NCBI GenBank assembly: GCA_965231765.1
Contig: OZ246887.1
Coordinates: forward strand, 5,203,823 to 5,267,822
Length of the DNA stretch: 64,000 nucleotides
Direction: 5' to 3'
Source of the DNA: Candidatus Binatia bacterium
GTDB taxonomy: Bacteria; Desulfobacterota; Binatia; Bin18
Part shown: positions 1 to 9,940 of the stretch, in pieces
Position numbering within the stretch: the stretch's first letter is position 1
How the letters are laid out: each line of letters begins with the position of its first letter
Made by a program: the position numbers and the translations under genes
Notes under the pieces: model-generated
The model's input: the letters and a program-made list of their open reading frames with translations, nothing else
Database searches by the model: none
Told to the model about the DNA's origin: nothing

Positions 1-864
1 GCTGGAGTCAATTATTCTGATCTCGGTCGTCGCCAAGGAAGCTACGCCATTCCTCAGCCGCTACCGACTGTGCCTGGCTTAGAGGTGGCTGGAACAGTGA
101 GCCACGTTGGAGCGGAAGTCACCGACTTTGTCCCTGGCCAACGGGTCATGGCTTGGGTTGGTGGAGGCGGATATGCCGAATATGCCAAAGCTTCAGTTGA
201 GGCCGTGTATGCTATTCCTGACACACTGGGCTTTGAGGCGGCGGCGGGAATGCCAGTGGTTTTCTTGACGGCGTACCATATCCTTAAAACTTGCGCTCGT
301 GTCCAGCCGCACGAGTTTGTCCTTGTCCAGGCCGGGGCGAGTGGGGTTGGCACGATTGCTGTCCAGCTGGCAAAGCTGTGGGGCGCGCGGGTGTTTGCGA
401 CCGCTTCTACGGAAGAAAAACTCCAGCGTATCCGTGAGCTGGGGGTTGAGGAGGTCATCAATTATTCCGAGAAGGACTTTGTGTCTGAAGTCCTGCGGAT
501 GACTGACCGACGGGGGGTCGATATTGTTCTCGAATGTGTTGGGGGCGAGGTGCTGACCAAAAGTCTGGCCTGTTTGGTACCAATGGGTAGGTTGGTTATT
601 TATGGTCGGGCCAGCGGTTCCCTGCCAGTCTTGGATAGCGCCCAGATTCTGACCCGTAACATCACGGTGAGTGGTTTACACCTAGGCATGCCGCCTTGGC
701 ATGCGGCTATGCATCGGCAGGCTATGCACGAGCTGCTCGAAATGGTCCAAACTGGAAGACTCCGGCCAATTATAGATCGTACGTTTCGACTCGCCCAGGC
801 GGATGACGCCCATCGGTATCTGGCTGCACGTAAGACGATGGGGAAGGTTGTTTTGGTGCCGTGA
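1..864 (+). CDS. NADPH:quinone oxidoreductase / zinc-type MDR-family dehydrogenase; 5' end lies outside the window
   Basis: Frame 1 is open from base 1 with no stop before 864. The Rossmann motif AGASGVGTIAVQLAKLWGARV and the overall MDR/Qor-like sequence are visible. The ORF track starts at the first internal Met (70). Confidence 0.8.
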   Translation, partial: AGVNYSDLGRRQGSYAIPQPLPTVPGLEVAGTVSHVGAEVTDFVPGQRVMAWVGGGGYAEYAKASVEAVYAIPDTLGFEAAAGMPVVFLTAYHILKTCARVQPHEFVLVQAGASGVGTIAVQLAKLWGARVFATASTEEKLQRIRELGVEEVINYSEKDFVSEVLRMTDRRGVDIVLECVGGEVLTKSLACLVPMGRLVIYGRASGSLPVLDSAQILTRNITVSGLHLGMPPWHAAMHRQAMHELLEMVQTGRLRPIIDRTFRLAQADDAHRYLAARKTMGKVVLVP

Positions 865-880
865 GCTCCCCCACTGAGTC

Positions 881-2002
881 TCAACGCTCCTTGTCTTTCC
901 TGTTTTTTTGCTGCGAATGAGATTTGGCAAATTCTTTCCCGGCCCGTCCCGAGCTGTCTGATTGGCTGTCCGACGGCGCCTCGACGGCGCCTGTCTTCTC
1001 CGACTGGCTTTCCTGCAGCTGTTCACGGGGTTTTTGCTCAGTATTCGGAGCCACTGGATTCGTCCCCGCAGGTTGCTCTGCTAACCGGGTTCTGCTTTTT
1101 TGCGGATGCCACCAGCCGCCGAGGGCAGAATTTTTTGTTGCCAGGGAAAATCCAAAGGTCCGGGCAATCTCTTGCCACACCCGAGTGCGTAAATGGCGGA
1201 AAAAGTCGCTGTTCTCAAACTCTTTCTCAAGAACCGCAGCTGTGGTGTTGGAGACTAATCGTTGCATCCAGCTGTCAAAGGGAATAGGCGGCAGGAAGGC
1301 AAAGGCTCTGAGTTTATTGGCCATGTCCATTAAACCTGCGCTGACTTTATTGGCTAAAAAATAGCTGCGCGATCGGTGCTGGAGGCGTTTATTGATCTCG
1401 GTGATTTCAATGAACATCTGCAGCGAGGTGCGCCAGCTGATGTCGTCTTCTTCAAGCACAATCAGGTTCATATCGCTGAGTGTTGCGGCAGCCAGGCTGA
1501 GGCTGCCTAAACCAGCCTGCGTATCGAAAATCAGAAAGTCGATAGGCAACGCCTTGTCCACAAAACGTCGCAGTCGCCTGAGCTTTTCGACCGCCATATC
1601 GAGATCGATACGAGAAACCTGGGTCCAGTCTGGACGTTCACTTTCTGTAGAAGCTGGCAGGATAAAAGTATTCTCCATCCGCCGATACAGAGAGGGCGAT
1701 TGGGCTCCTTGTCCCTCACCGTCTCCCTCACCATTCATGGCAATTCCTTTTTGCAAGGCTGCTAAGAGGGTGTTTTCCTTATCCGGGTCAACAGACAGAT
1801 ACTCGATCAGTGACAAAGGGACCTGATCAAGCTCAATTTTATTACGGTACGCCAAGAGGGTCAGCCCACTGACGGACAGATCGAGATCGACCAATAAGAC
1901 GTTGCAGTTTGCTTCCTGCTGGATGATACGAGCGAGGCTGGTGGACAGGAGTGTTTTGCCCACGCCACCTTTCCCGCTACACAGCGTGATCGTTCTCAGC
2001 AT
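881..2002 (-). CDS. ParA/MinD-family P-loop ATPase with a long low-complexity Gln/Ser/Lys-rich C-terminal tail
   Basis: The N-terminus reads ITLCSGKGGVGKTLLSTSLA (deviant Walker A KGGxGK[ST]) followed by LLVDLDL. The C-terminal ~100 aa are compositionally biased. Confidence 0.7.
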   Translation of the reverse strand: MLRTITLCSGKGGVGKTLLSTSLARIIQQEANCNVLLVDLDLSVSGLTLLAYRNKIELDQVPLSLIEYLSVDPDKENTLLAALQKGIAMNGEGDGEGQGAQSPSLYRRMENTFILPASTESERPDWTQVSRIDLDMAVEKLRRLRRFVDKALPIDFLIFDTQAGLGSLSLAAATLSDMNLIVLEEDDISWRTSLQMFIEITEINKRLQHRSRSYFLANKVSAGLMDMANKLRAFAFLPPIPFDSWMQRLVSNTTAAVLEKEFENSDFFRHLRTRVWQEIARTFGFSLATKNSALGGWWHPQKSRTRLAEQPAGTNPVAPNTEQKPREQLQESQSEKTGAVEAPSDSQSDSSGRAGKEFAKSHSQQKNRKDKER

Positions 2003-2184
2003 AGTGTCCTCCGAGCTTCAAGGGCAAAGGATGATTGACCTTCATAGAGGCTCCTCCTATGTTGATGCTCCCGAATGGTCAAGAGGCGTTGCCTGCATTA
2101 TGGTGCAGAGTATCCCAAATGAGTCAAATGCGCTGGCGAGATTGCCAGATAATATTGCAAATATACCAGTACAACAGGGGCACC

Positions 2185-3972
2185 ATGAGTAAAGGACACG
2201 CCAAAAAGAATAAACAGGCTCAGCCCAATCAACGCGATGCCCGGACTGGGCAAGCTGCCCGAACTGTACAGGACACCAAATCCGCGCAGAGCACGGAATC
2301 GAAGCAGGTTATTTTTTCCTTAATTGGGGTTGGCCGTATTCATCCACCGAAGCGCTATGTGCTCAAAGACATCTCCTTGTCCTTCTATTATGGGGCCAAA
2401 ATCGGCGTGTTGGGACTCAACGGCTCAGGCAAGAGTTCCTTGCTGCGCATTATCGCTGGGGTGGATAAGGACTACCTGGGTGAGGTGACGTTTTCCAAAG
2501 GCTATTCGGTTGGTTTATTAGAGCAAGAGCCCGTGCTGGAGGCAGGGAAAACCGTCCGCCAAATCGTTGAGGAAGGGCGCCACGAGCTGATCGCTATTCT
2601 GCACGAGTATGAGGAAGTCAGTCATAAGCTCGGCGAAGATATTACTCCTGACGAGATGGAATCCTTGCTTGAAAAACAGGCCAAGCTGCAAGACAAGATT
2701 GAAGCGGCAGGTGGCTGGGATTTAGAAAATCAACTCGAACTGGCCATGGACGCGCTCCGCTGCCCACCAGCTGACTCGCCCGTCGATATTTTATCTGGCG
2801 GTGAGCGCCGACGGGTTGCCTTATGCCGTCTGTTGATTCAACAACCCGATATTCTGCTACTCGACGAGCCGACGAACCACCTCGATGCCGAGTCCGTGCA
2901 ATGGCTGGAGCAGCATCTGCAACGCTATGCGGGGACTGTCATTGCCGTTACTCATGACCGTTATTTCCTTGATAATGTTGCAGGTTGGATTTTGGAGCTG
3001 GATCGGGGCCAAGGCATTCCTTTTCAGGGTAATTATTCCTCATGGTTAGAGCAGAAGAGCGCCCGGCTGGAGAGCCAAGAGAAGACGGAATCCAAGCGCC
3101 GCAAGACTTTGGAGCGGGAACTGGAGTGGATTCGGATGTCGCCCAAGGGCAGGCAGGCCAAGGGTAAGGCGCGGGTGAATCGGTATGAGGAACTGGTCAG
3201 CCAGGAGTATGACCAGGGCGCAGAAGACCTGGAAATTTATATTCCACCTGGTCCTCGTCTGGGTGATGTGGTGGTTGAGGCCGACGCGGTCAGCAAATCG
3301 TTTGGGGGCAAGCTCTTGTTTGAAAACGTGGATTTCAAGCTCCCCCGGGGCGGCATAGTTGGTGTCATTGGGCCGAACGGAGCGGGTAAGACTACCTTGC
3401 TACGGATGATGATTGGCCAAGAAGAGTCAGATACCGGATCGTTCAAAGTTGGCGAGACAGTTCAGGTGGGCTACGCTGACCAAAGTCGGACCTTGGATGG
3501 CGAGAAGAACGTGTGGGAGGTGATCTCAGACGGCCAGGATATTATCCCGCTTGGCAAACGTGAGATGAATTCCCGGGCGTATGTTGGTCGCTTCAATTTC
3601 GGTGGCTCTGATCAGCAGAAAAAGGTCAAAGATTTGTCGGGTGGAGAACGCAACCGGGTCCATATGGCCCGGATGCTCAAAGAAGAAGCCAATCTGTTGT
3701 TGTTTGATGAGCCGACCAACGACCTGGATGTCAATACGCTCCGCGCTTTAGAAGAGGGGATTGAGCAGTTTGGTGGCTGCTGCATGGTCGTCAGTCATGA
3801 TCGCTGGTTTCTCGACCGAGTTGCGACCCATATTCTTGCGTTTGAAGGCGACAGTAAAGTCGTGTGGTTTGAAGGCAATTACAGCGATTATGAGACAGAT
3901 CGGAAAAAGCGTCTGGGCAAGGCCGCCGATCGGCCACATCGGATTCGGTATCGCAAGTTGACCCGCGATTAA
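2185..3972 (+). CDS. ettA: ABC-F family energy-dependent translational throttle protein EttA
   Basis: Two ABC cassettes are present (GLNGSGKSS...LSGGERRRVALCRLL...LLLDEPTNHLD and GPNGAGKTT...LSGGERNRVHMARML...LLFDEPTNDLD), with an inter-domain linker and no TM domain. The start is moved to ATG 2185 (MSKGHAKK), which is in frame with the 2035 ORF. Confidence 0.85.
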   Translation: MSKGHAKKNKQAQPNQRDARTGQAARTVQDTKSAQSTESKQVIFSLIGVGRIHPPKRYVLKDISLSFYYGAKIGVLGLNGSGKSSLLRIIAGVDKDYLGEVTFSKGYSVGLLEQEPVLEAGKTVRQIVEEGRHELIAILHEYEEVSHKLGEDITPDEMESLLEKQAKLQDKIEAAGGWDLENQLELAMDALRCPPADSPVDILSGGERRRVALCRLLIQQPDILLLDEPTNHLDAESVQWLEQHLQRYAGTVIAVTHDRYFLDNVAGWILELDRGQGIPFQGNYSSWLEQKSARLESQEKTESKRRKTLERELEWIRMSPKGRQAKGKARVNRYEELVSQEYDQGAEDLEIYIPPGPRLGDVVVEADAVSKSFGGKLLFENVDFKLPRGGIVGVIGPNGAGKTTLLRMMIGQEESDTGSFKVGETVQVGYADQSRTLDGEKNVWEVISDGQDIIPLGKREMNSRAYVGRFNFGGSDQQKKVKDLSGGERNRVHMARMLKEEANLLLFDEPTNDLDVNTLRALEEGIEQFGGCCMVVSHDRWFLDRVATHILAFEGDSKVVWFEGNYSDYETDRKKRLGKAADRPHRIRYRKLTRD

Positions 3973-4217
3973 TTCCTCACACCCATGCGGGCTGATGGAC
4001 GGTCATACGGTATGCGTATCCCAGATACGGCGCTCAAATATATTCCGTTTCAGCGGATTGGGTATCCACTCTTTACCAACCGTGTTTTTTTCGCGCAGTG
4101 CGAAAAATCCTGCCTTTTTTGAGCGTCGATTAAAGCGTATTGACCGCCTGTCTGTTCCAGCGTGCAGCATCATCGCCGAAGAAAAAAAACACGTCCGCGT
4201 CCTGTGCCATAAATAAG

Positions 4218-5024
4218 ATGAATCAAATAGACGACGCGGAGTATCTCCGTTCGACGCAGTATCGCCAGGCACATAATCTCCGGGCCCGACTCGACGTGCT
4301 GAATCGCTATCGGAGCCATCCAACCCCTTGGTATGTATGGCTCTTTGAGCATATTCAGCTACCACCGATTGCTGCTATCCTTGAAGTCGGCTGCGGTTTG
4401 GGAAACCTGTGGATTGAAAATCTCACCCGCATTCCAACCCAGTGGCATCTCACCCTGTCAGACTTCTCGCCAGGCATGTTGGTCTCTGTCCAGCAGCATC
4501 TAGCTGCCCAGCTTCCGGTTGCGGATTACACCGTACTTGATCTGCAAGCCCTCCCATTTCCTGAGGCGTGCTTCGACGCAGTTATTGCCAATCACATGCT
4601 GTACCATGTGCCGGATCGCCCCACAGCTTTGGCTGAAGTCCAACGAGTACTCAAACCACACGGCCGTTTCTATGCCTCGACAGTTGGACAACAGCATCTG
4701 CTTGAGTTGGCAGATATTGTGCAGCGTTTTGATCCGAATCTTGCGCTGTGGAACGGGTGGCCTATGGAGTCGTTTATTGTGGAGAACGGCTCTGCGCAGC
4801 TTGTCCCTTGGCTGACGCAGATAAGCCTGGATCGGTATACCGATTCGATGATCGTGGACCAAGCCCAAGGGCTCGCTGCGTATGTCTTGTCCAGCACTGC
4901 CGTCCCAAAAGAGCAACATCACGCATTTCAACATTTTGTTGAAGCGGAGTTGCGGAGTCAGGGAGGCAGGCTTCGGGTGACGAAAGAGTTCGGACTGTTT
5001 TCCGGAGTGCGAGGCGAGGCCTAG
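4218..5024 (+). CDS. class I SAM-dependent methyltransferase
   Basis: Motif I ILEVGCGLGNLW and post-I VLDLQALPFPEACFDAVIANHMLYHVPD are present. The internal ATG at 4218 gives a ~268 aa product. Confidence 0.75.
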   Translation: MNQIDDAEYLRSTQYRQAHNLRARLDVLNRYRSHPTPWYVWLFEHIQLPPIAAILEVGCGLGNLWIENLTRIPTQWHLTLSDFSPGMLVSVQQHLAAQLPVADYTVLDLQALPFPEACFDAVIANHMLYHVPDRPTALAEVQRVLKPHGRFYASTVGQQHLLELADIVQRFDPNLALWNGWPMESFIVENGSAQLVPWLTQISLDRYTDSMIVDQAQGLAAYVLSSTAVPKEQHHAFQHFVEAELRSQGGRLRVTKEFGLFSGVRGEA

Positions 5025-5027
5025 GGT

Positions 5028-5579
5028 ATGGATTCCCTACGCTACAGTGTTGCGTTCCTGTTTCTACTGGGCTTACCACCTGGTCTTTTCTTCTGGCTTT
5101 GCATTCATCCGTTTGCCGCGTTTTGGCGGCGGCTGGGATTAGGCTGGGCGTATGGGCTTGTCGGGGCGACCATGCTGGTGCTCATGGCTGGGATCTATCT
5201 GGTTCGCACGCCCCTTTTGGCGACCCAGCTTGGGACCAACTTTTTATGCCTTGGCCTGGCGCTGGTGTGTCTGACTGGTGCGGGATTGATTGCCTTCCAA
5301 CGTCGTCAGTATCTGACGGTTCGTATCATGATAGGCATCCCAGAACTCAGGACCGAAGACCAGCCCGGCGCTCTTTTGACTGAAGGCATCTACGCCCGCA
5401 TCCGGCATCCACGCTATGTTGAGGTGTTCTTGGCCGTGTACGCTTGGGCGGTACTGAGTCTGCCCGTACTCTACGCCATTGTGGTCCTGGAAGAGCGGGA
5501 ATTAGGTCACCGGTTTGGGCAAGTCTATATTGACTACTGTCGTCACGTTCCCCGATTCATTCCCCGTTTCTACGCCTGA
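5028..5579 (+). CDS. isoprenylcysteine carboxyl methyltransferase (ICMT)/phospholipid methyltransferase family membrane protein
   Basis: Multi-TM N-terminus plus the C-terminal ICMT signature EGIYARIRHPRYVEVFLAVYAWAV...EERELGHRFGQVYIDY. Confidence 0.7.
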   Translation: MDSLRYSVAFLFLLGLPPGLFFWLCIHPFAAFWRRLGLGWAYGLVGATMLVLMAGIYLVRTPLLATQLGTNFLCLGLALVCLTGAGLIAFQRRQYLTVRIMIGIPELRTEDQPGALLTEGIYARIRHPRYVEVFLAVYAWAVLSLPVLYAIVVLEERELGHRFGQVYIDYCRHVPRFIPRFYA

Positions 5580-5709
5580 CTTTTTGATCTGCAACGAAAC
5601 CCTGCCAGGGAAGCAACATCAAAAGAACGGTTCTCCTGATGCTTTGCTTTTTTTCAAAGTGTCGAGCTATGCTGCGAGGCGAATAGACGAGAGGAAAGGA
5701 AATATTGCC

Positions 5710-7302
5710 GTGCGTAGAGTTTTTCTGGTGTTTGTCGTTGCCGTTGTTGGGGCGTCTGTTGCAGCTGCGTTTTCAGAGCCGTCGCTGCTGTGGTCGTGGG
5801 TCGTTCTTGGCCCGCTGATTGGCTTGGGATTCTTTGACTATTTCCAGACGTCGCGCGCCATATTGAGAAACTTCCCCATTATGGGCCACGGACGCTATCT
5901 CCTGGAAACGATCCGGCCAGAGATCTACCAGTATTTTGTGGAAAGTGACACTGAAGGCGTTCCATTTGACCGAGATCAACGTTCGCTTGTCTATCAGCGG
6001 GCCAAACAGGTCCGTGACACTGTCCCCTTTGGCACGAAGACGAATGTGTATGAGACGAATTATGAGTGGGCGAATCACTCTTTGGTACCGCTCCACTTGG
6101 CAGTTGATGACCTCCGAGTACAGGTTGGCGGTCCTGACTGCAAACAACCATACTCGGCCAGTATCTTAAATATCTCGGCTATGAGTTATGGATCGCTGAG
6201 CCAAAACGCCGTCTTGGCCTTAAATCAAGGCGCAAAACTGGGTAATTTTGCGCATAATACCGGTGAAGGTGGGCTCAGCCCGTATCATTTGCAAGGTGGT
6301 GGAGACATCATCTGGCAGGTTGGAACGGGGTATTTTGGCTGCCGGACCCTAGATGGGGAATTTTCTCCCGAGAAATTTATGGAAAACGCGACCAAACCTC
6401 AGGTCAAGATGATTGAATTGAAACTGTCCCAGGGCGCGAAGCCAGGGCATGGCGGGATTCTGCCGGCCGCGAAGCTGACGCCAGAGATTGCGGCTATTCG
6501 TGGCGTCCCGCTTGGCCAGGACGTGCTCTCGCCGCCCGGACATTCAGCTTTTTCAACTCCTGTTGGATTGCTCGAATTCATCGCCCAGCTGCGAGAACGG
6601 TGTGGTGGGAAGCCCGTTGGATTTAAACTGTGTGTAGGTAAACGGCGTGAATTTCTGGCTATTTGTAAAGCTATGGTGCAGACGGGGATTACGCCCGACT
6701 TCATTACCGTCGATGGTGGGGAAGGTGGCACTGGGGCAGCCCCGCTCGAATTTACCGACCATATTGGCACACCATTGATCGAAGCCCTGATCTTTGTCCA
6801 TAACGCCCTGGTTGGCTATTCTTTACGAGACGAGATCCGAGTCGCTGCCAGCGGCAAGGTCACGTCAGGTTTTGAGCTGGTGAAAAGACTCTCGCTCGGC
6901 GCAGACTTTTGCAATTCAGCTCGGGGCATGATGATGGCCTTAGGCTGCATTCAGGCGCTCAAGTGCAATTCGAACCATTGTCCGGTAGGCATCACTACCC
7001 AGAATCCCCAATTAGTGGCTGGCCTCGTTCCTGCGGAAAAAAAAGTCAGAGTGATGGGCTTTCACAAAGAGACGATTGAAAGCGTTGGTGAGATCATGGG
7101 CGCAATGGGCATTGCGCGGCCAGCTGATCTGCACCCCTGGCATATCATACGTCGTATTTCGTCGACTGAAATCAAACACTACGGCGAGATTTACGAATTC
7201 CTCAAAGAGGGCGACCTGCTACAAGAGCCATTTCCGGACACGTATAGGCGAGCTTGTGAAGCAGCCTCGGCTGAGACATTTGCGCATCTCGAGGATGTGT
7301 GA
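5710..7302 (+). CDS. glutamate synthase (GltS) FMN-binding domain family protein with N-terminal TM segment
   Basis: LRNFPIMGHGRYLLETIRPEIYQYF, ISAMSYGSLS, GEGGLSPYHLQGGGDIIWQVGTGYFGCR and DGGEGGTGAAPLEF match the GltB central (FMN/[3Fe-4S]) domain. The ORF opens at 5515 but overlaps the upstream gene, so the start is placed at in-frame GTG 5710; the start is uncertain. Confidence 0.7.
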   Translation: MRRVFLVFVVAVVGASVAAAFSEPSLLWSWVVLGPLIGLGFFDYFQTSRAILRNFPIMGHGRYLLETIRPEIYQYFVESDTEGVPFDRDQRSLVYQRAKQVRDTVPFGTKTNVYETNYEWANHSLVPLHLAVDDLRVQVGGPDCKQPYSASILNISAMSYGSLSQNAVLALNQGAKLGNFAHNTGEGGLSPYHLQGGGDIIWQVGTGYFGCRTLDGEFSPEKFMENATKPQVKMIELKLSQGAKPGHGGILPAAKLTPEIAAIRGVPLGQDVLSPPGHSAFSTPVGLLEFIAQLRERCGGKPVGFKLCVGKRREFLAICKAMVQTGITPDFITVDGGEGGTGAAPLEFTDHIGTPLIEALIFVHNALVGYSLRDEIRVAASGKVTSGFELVKRLSLGADFCNSARGMMMALGCIQALKCNSNHCPVGITTQNPQLVAGLVPAEKKVRVMGFHKETIESVGEIMGAMGIARPADLHPWHIIRRISSTEIKHYGEIYEFLKEGDLLQEPFPDTYRRACEAASAETFAHLEDV

Positions 7303-7578
7303 GTGCAAGAGTCGGGCGAGCTGGTAGACTTTAGATGAGGCTGAAGTACGTCTATTGTGCGGTGGCTTCTCAGCTGACCCAAATGCCACGTTGCTAAAGA
7401 GAAAGCGTGGAGGTCCCAATTTTCTCTTATCTGAAAGAAATGTAAGAAAAATAAGTAACTGACAAACGTTTTTGCTGGAATTCAGAATGACGTCTTGACT
7501 GGTGGAATTGAGGAATACCGGATAGATCGGGCTGAAACGCCTGGTTGCTACACTCTGTGGGCAGGAATGTCCCGGCTT

Positions 7579-8478
7579 TTATGTTTCCGACTTGTTCGAC
7601 TTGGCTTTCTCGCTTTGCCAGCGCTCTTCGGTATAGGTCAGATACTCAAGTTTGCCCCTGCATTGTTTACAGATCAGATTTCTTCTTCTGCGCTCAGCCG
7701 TTGCGACCCAACAGCCCCGCTCGCATTTCATGATATAGCGCGGGGGCGCAAACTGCACGCCATAACAACGCTGTCCGCTACAGCCAATCTGGCGTGCCTG
7801 TGTTTGCCAGACCTGATCATGGTTGTGATCTTTTCCCACCAATGCATGGGCAATTTCATGTAAGATGGTATCTCTAACCTCCTCCGCTGGGGCGCGTTTG
7901 GCGAATTCATGCGATAGCGAGATTAACTGAGTCGTAAAATGACACGCGCCAGCTCTGCGGGTGCCTGTGTCAAACTGAAAACTCCACTGACTCAGCTGAT
8001 ATTGCGCCATCAGCGCGCGTGCCTGATCGGCGATGCGAGCCAACTCTACTTGGCCGCGGACTCCATCTGTAGATGCATCTGTAGACGGAGAGGTTTTTGG
8101 CACCTGCTGTAACAGGCCGTACGGCACACGATATTCTTTGCCGTCTTCACATACGATATGCCCAGTACTAGGATTGAGCCGAGCGATAACTCCATACGAT
8201 AGGGTGCCACGACTCTGAAAACTGACGCGATCTCCAGTATTGAACTGCGCCCGTCGCCGCTCATTTGCGGTTTGGACCGGGGAGGCGGCTGTCCCGACAA
8301 TCTTTTGCAAGCGCTGATAAGGGACGCGGAACTCCTGGTCGTTTTCGCATACGATATATGCATGCTGATTGCCTTTTTTGGCAATAGTCCCCTCCCAATT
8401 TCGGCCCTTATGAGAAAAAAGAACACGATCGGATATCTTGGCCTGTGAGGGATTGGTCATGCGACGTGTTTTGCCCAT
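7579..8478 (-). CDS. SprT-like zinc metalloprotease domain protein with two tandem ~45-aa N-terminal repeats and C-terminal Cys4 zinc ribbon
   Basis: HEIAHAL (HExxH) lies inside an SprT-like region. The C-terminus has CERGCW...CKQCRG. The N-terminus repeats DRVLFSHKGRNWEGTIAKKGNQHAYIVCENDQEFRVPYQRLQKI and DRVSFQSRGTLSYGVIARLNPSTGHIVCEDGKEYRVPYGLLQQV. Confidence 0.65.
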   Translation of the reverse strand: MGKTRRMTNPSQAKISDRVLFSHKGRNWEGTIAKKGNQHAYIVCENDQEFRVPYQRLQKIVGTAASPVQTANERRRAQFNTGDRVSFQSRGTLSYGVIARLNPSTGHIVCEDGKEYRVPYGLLQQVPKTSPSTDASTDGVRGQVELARIADQARALMAQYQLSQWSFQFDTGTRRAGACHFTTQLISLSHEFAKRAPAEEVRDTILHEIAHALVGKDHNHDQVWQTQARQIGCSGQRCYGVQFAPPRYIMKCERGCWVATAERRRRNLICKQCRGKLEYLTYTEERWQSEKAKSNKSET

Positions 8479-8578
8479 ATCTTGCGTCTTCTATCACGCT
8501 TGTATTCTCCTGCAAGTATATCCTCCGAACCGAAGAAAAGGGGCGGTTTTCAGGCTCCTCAGATGATGTGGACGTCTT

Positions 8579-9805
8579 TTACGCTTTGAGTGCCTCGGCG
8601 ATTCGCTGCAGAGCCGTCTCGACGTTTTCCCGACTATTAAAGGCACTGATCCGCGCATACCCTTCGCCACACTTGCCAAATCCCGCCCCTGGGGTGCAGA
8701 CAACCCCGGCTTTATTCAGCAACAGATCAAAAAATTCCCAGGAGTCTGCGTTGGCTTTAATCCACACATACGGGGCGTGCTCGCCACCCGTACAGGTGTA
8801 GCCTAAACCGCTCATGGCTTGGCGAATGAGAGCGGCGTTGGCCATATAATAATCGCTTAGCTCGCGGACTTGCTGCTTGCCTTCAGGCGAATAGACTGCT
8901 TCGGCCGCGCGCTGCACAGGATAAGACACGCCATTAAACTTAGTGGATTGGCGACGATCCCATAAGGGGTGCAGGGCCTGAGCGTTGCCTTGTGAGTCGT
9001 AGACTTTGCACTGCTTGGGAATGACGGTGTAGGCACACCGGGTGCCGGTGAAGCCAGCCGTCTTTGAGAAGCTGCGGAATTCAACGGCAACGTCCTTGGC
9101 TCCATCAATCTCGTAAATACTCTGTGGCAGTGATGCATCGCGGATGAACTCAACGTACGCCGCATCGTACAGAATGAGTGCTTTGTTGTCCTTCGCGTAG
9201 TCTACCCAAGATCGCAGCTGGTCTGTGGTGATCATGCTGCCAGTCGGGTTATTGGGAAAGCACAGGTAGATCAGATCGACCTTTTCTTGAGGGGGAGATG
9301 GAATGAAATTATTTGTCTCAGTTGATTCCAAGTACAGCATGCCTTGGTAACGGCCATCTTGCCAGCCGGTTGAGCGGCCAGCCATGACATTTGTATCAAC
9401 ATAGACGGGATACACCGGATCGGGCACGGCAATACGTGTCGCGTCAGCAAACAGCTCCTGGAAATTGCCAGAATCACATTTGGCGCCGTCACTGATGAAG
9501 ACCTCATCGGCAGCCAGATCGATCCCGCGCACCTGAAAATCCTGCTCGGCCACTTTTTCGCGTAAAAAACCATACCCTAGCTCAGGGCCGTAGCCACGAA
9601 ATGTGGCATCCTCGGCCATCTCATCGACTGCCGTATGGAGGGCTGTAATACACGCCGCTGGGAGTGCCCGGGTGACATCGCCAATACCCAGTCGGATAAC
9701 ATTTCGGTCAGGGTTTTGTTCTTGGAATGCATTCACCCGCTTGGCGATATCAGAAAACAAATACGATGCTTGCAGCTTCAAATAATTTTCGTTCATGACA
9801 ATCAT
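8579..9805 (-). CDS. dapL: LL-diaminopimelate aminotransferase
   Basis: The N-terminal signature [24 protein letters not shown]...RLGIGDVT is typical of DapL. The length (408 aa) and overall sequence fit a fold-type I PLP enzyme. Confidence 0.85.
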   Translation of the reverse strand: MIVMNENYLKLQASYLFSDIAKRVNAFQEQNPDRNVIRLGIGDVTRALPAACITALHTAVDEMAEDATFRGYGPELGYGFLREKVAEQDFQVRGIDLAADEVFISDGAKCDSGNFQELFADATRIAVPDPVYPVYVDTNVMAGRSTGWQDGRYQGMLYLESTETNNFIPSPPQEKVDLIYLCFPNNPTGSMITTDQLRSWVDYAKDNKALILYDAAYVEFIRDASLPQSIYEIDGAKDVAVEFRSFSKTAGFTGTRCAYTVIPKQCKVYDSQGNAQALHPLWDRRQSTKFNGVSYPVQRAAEAVYSPEGKQQVRELSDYYMANAALIRQAMSGLGYTCTGGEHAPYVWIKANADSWEFFDLLLNKAGVVCTPGAGFGKCGEGYARISAFNSRENVETALQRIAEALKA

Positions 9806-9940
9806 TGCTCACATCCTCCTCGTGCCATACCGTGTGGCAGAAAGCTGAAAAAAAGGGAAGGGGGCAGCCTACTGGTGTTGCCCAACAGGACGACAGAACT
9901 AAGGATTGGGATTGATCTGATTCCGTGGCGCAGGAAAGTC

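Noticed and set aside
5515-5709. ORF-track start of the GltS-like gene at 5515
   Set aside because: It would overlap the ICMT gene by 65 bp. The conserved TM/GltS sequence begins later, so GTG 5710 is preferred.
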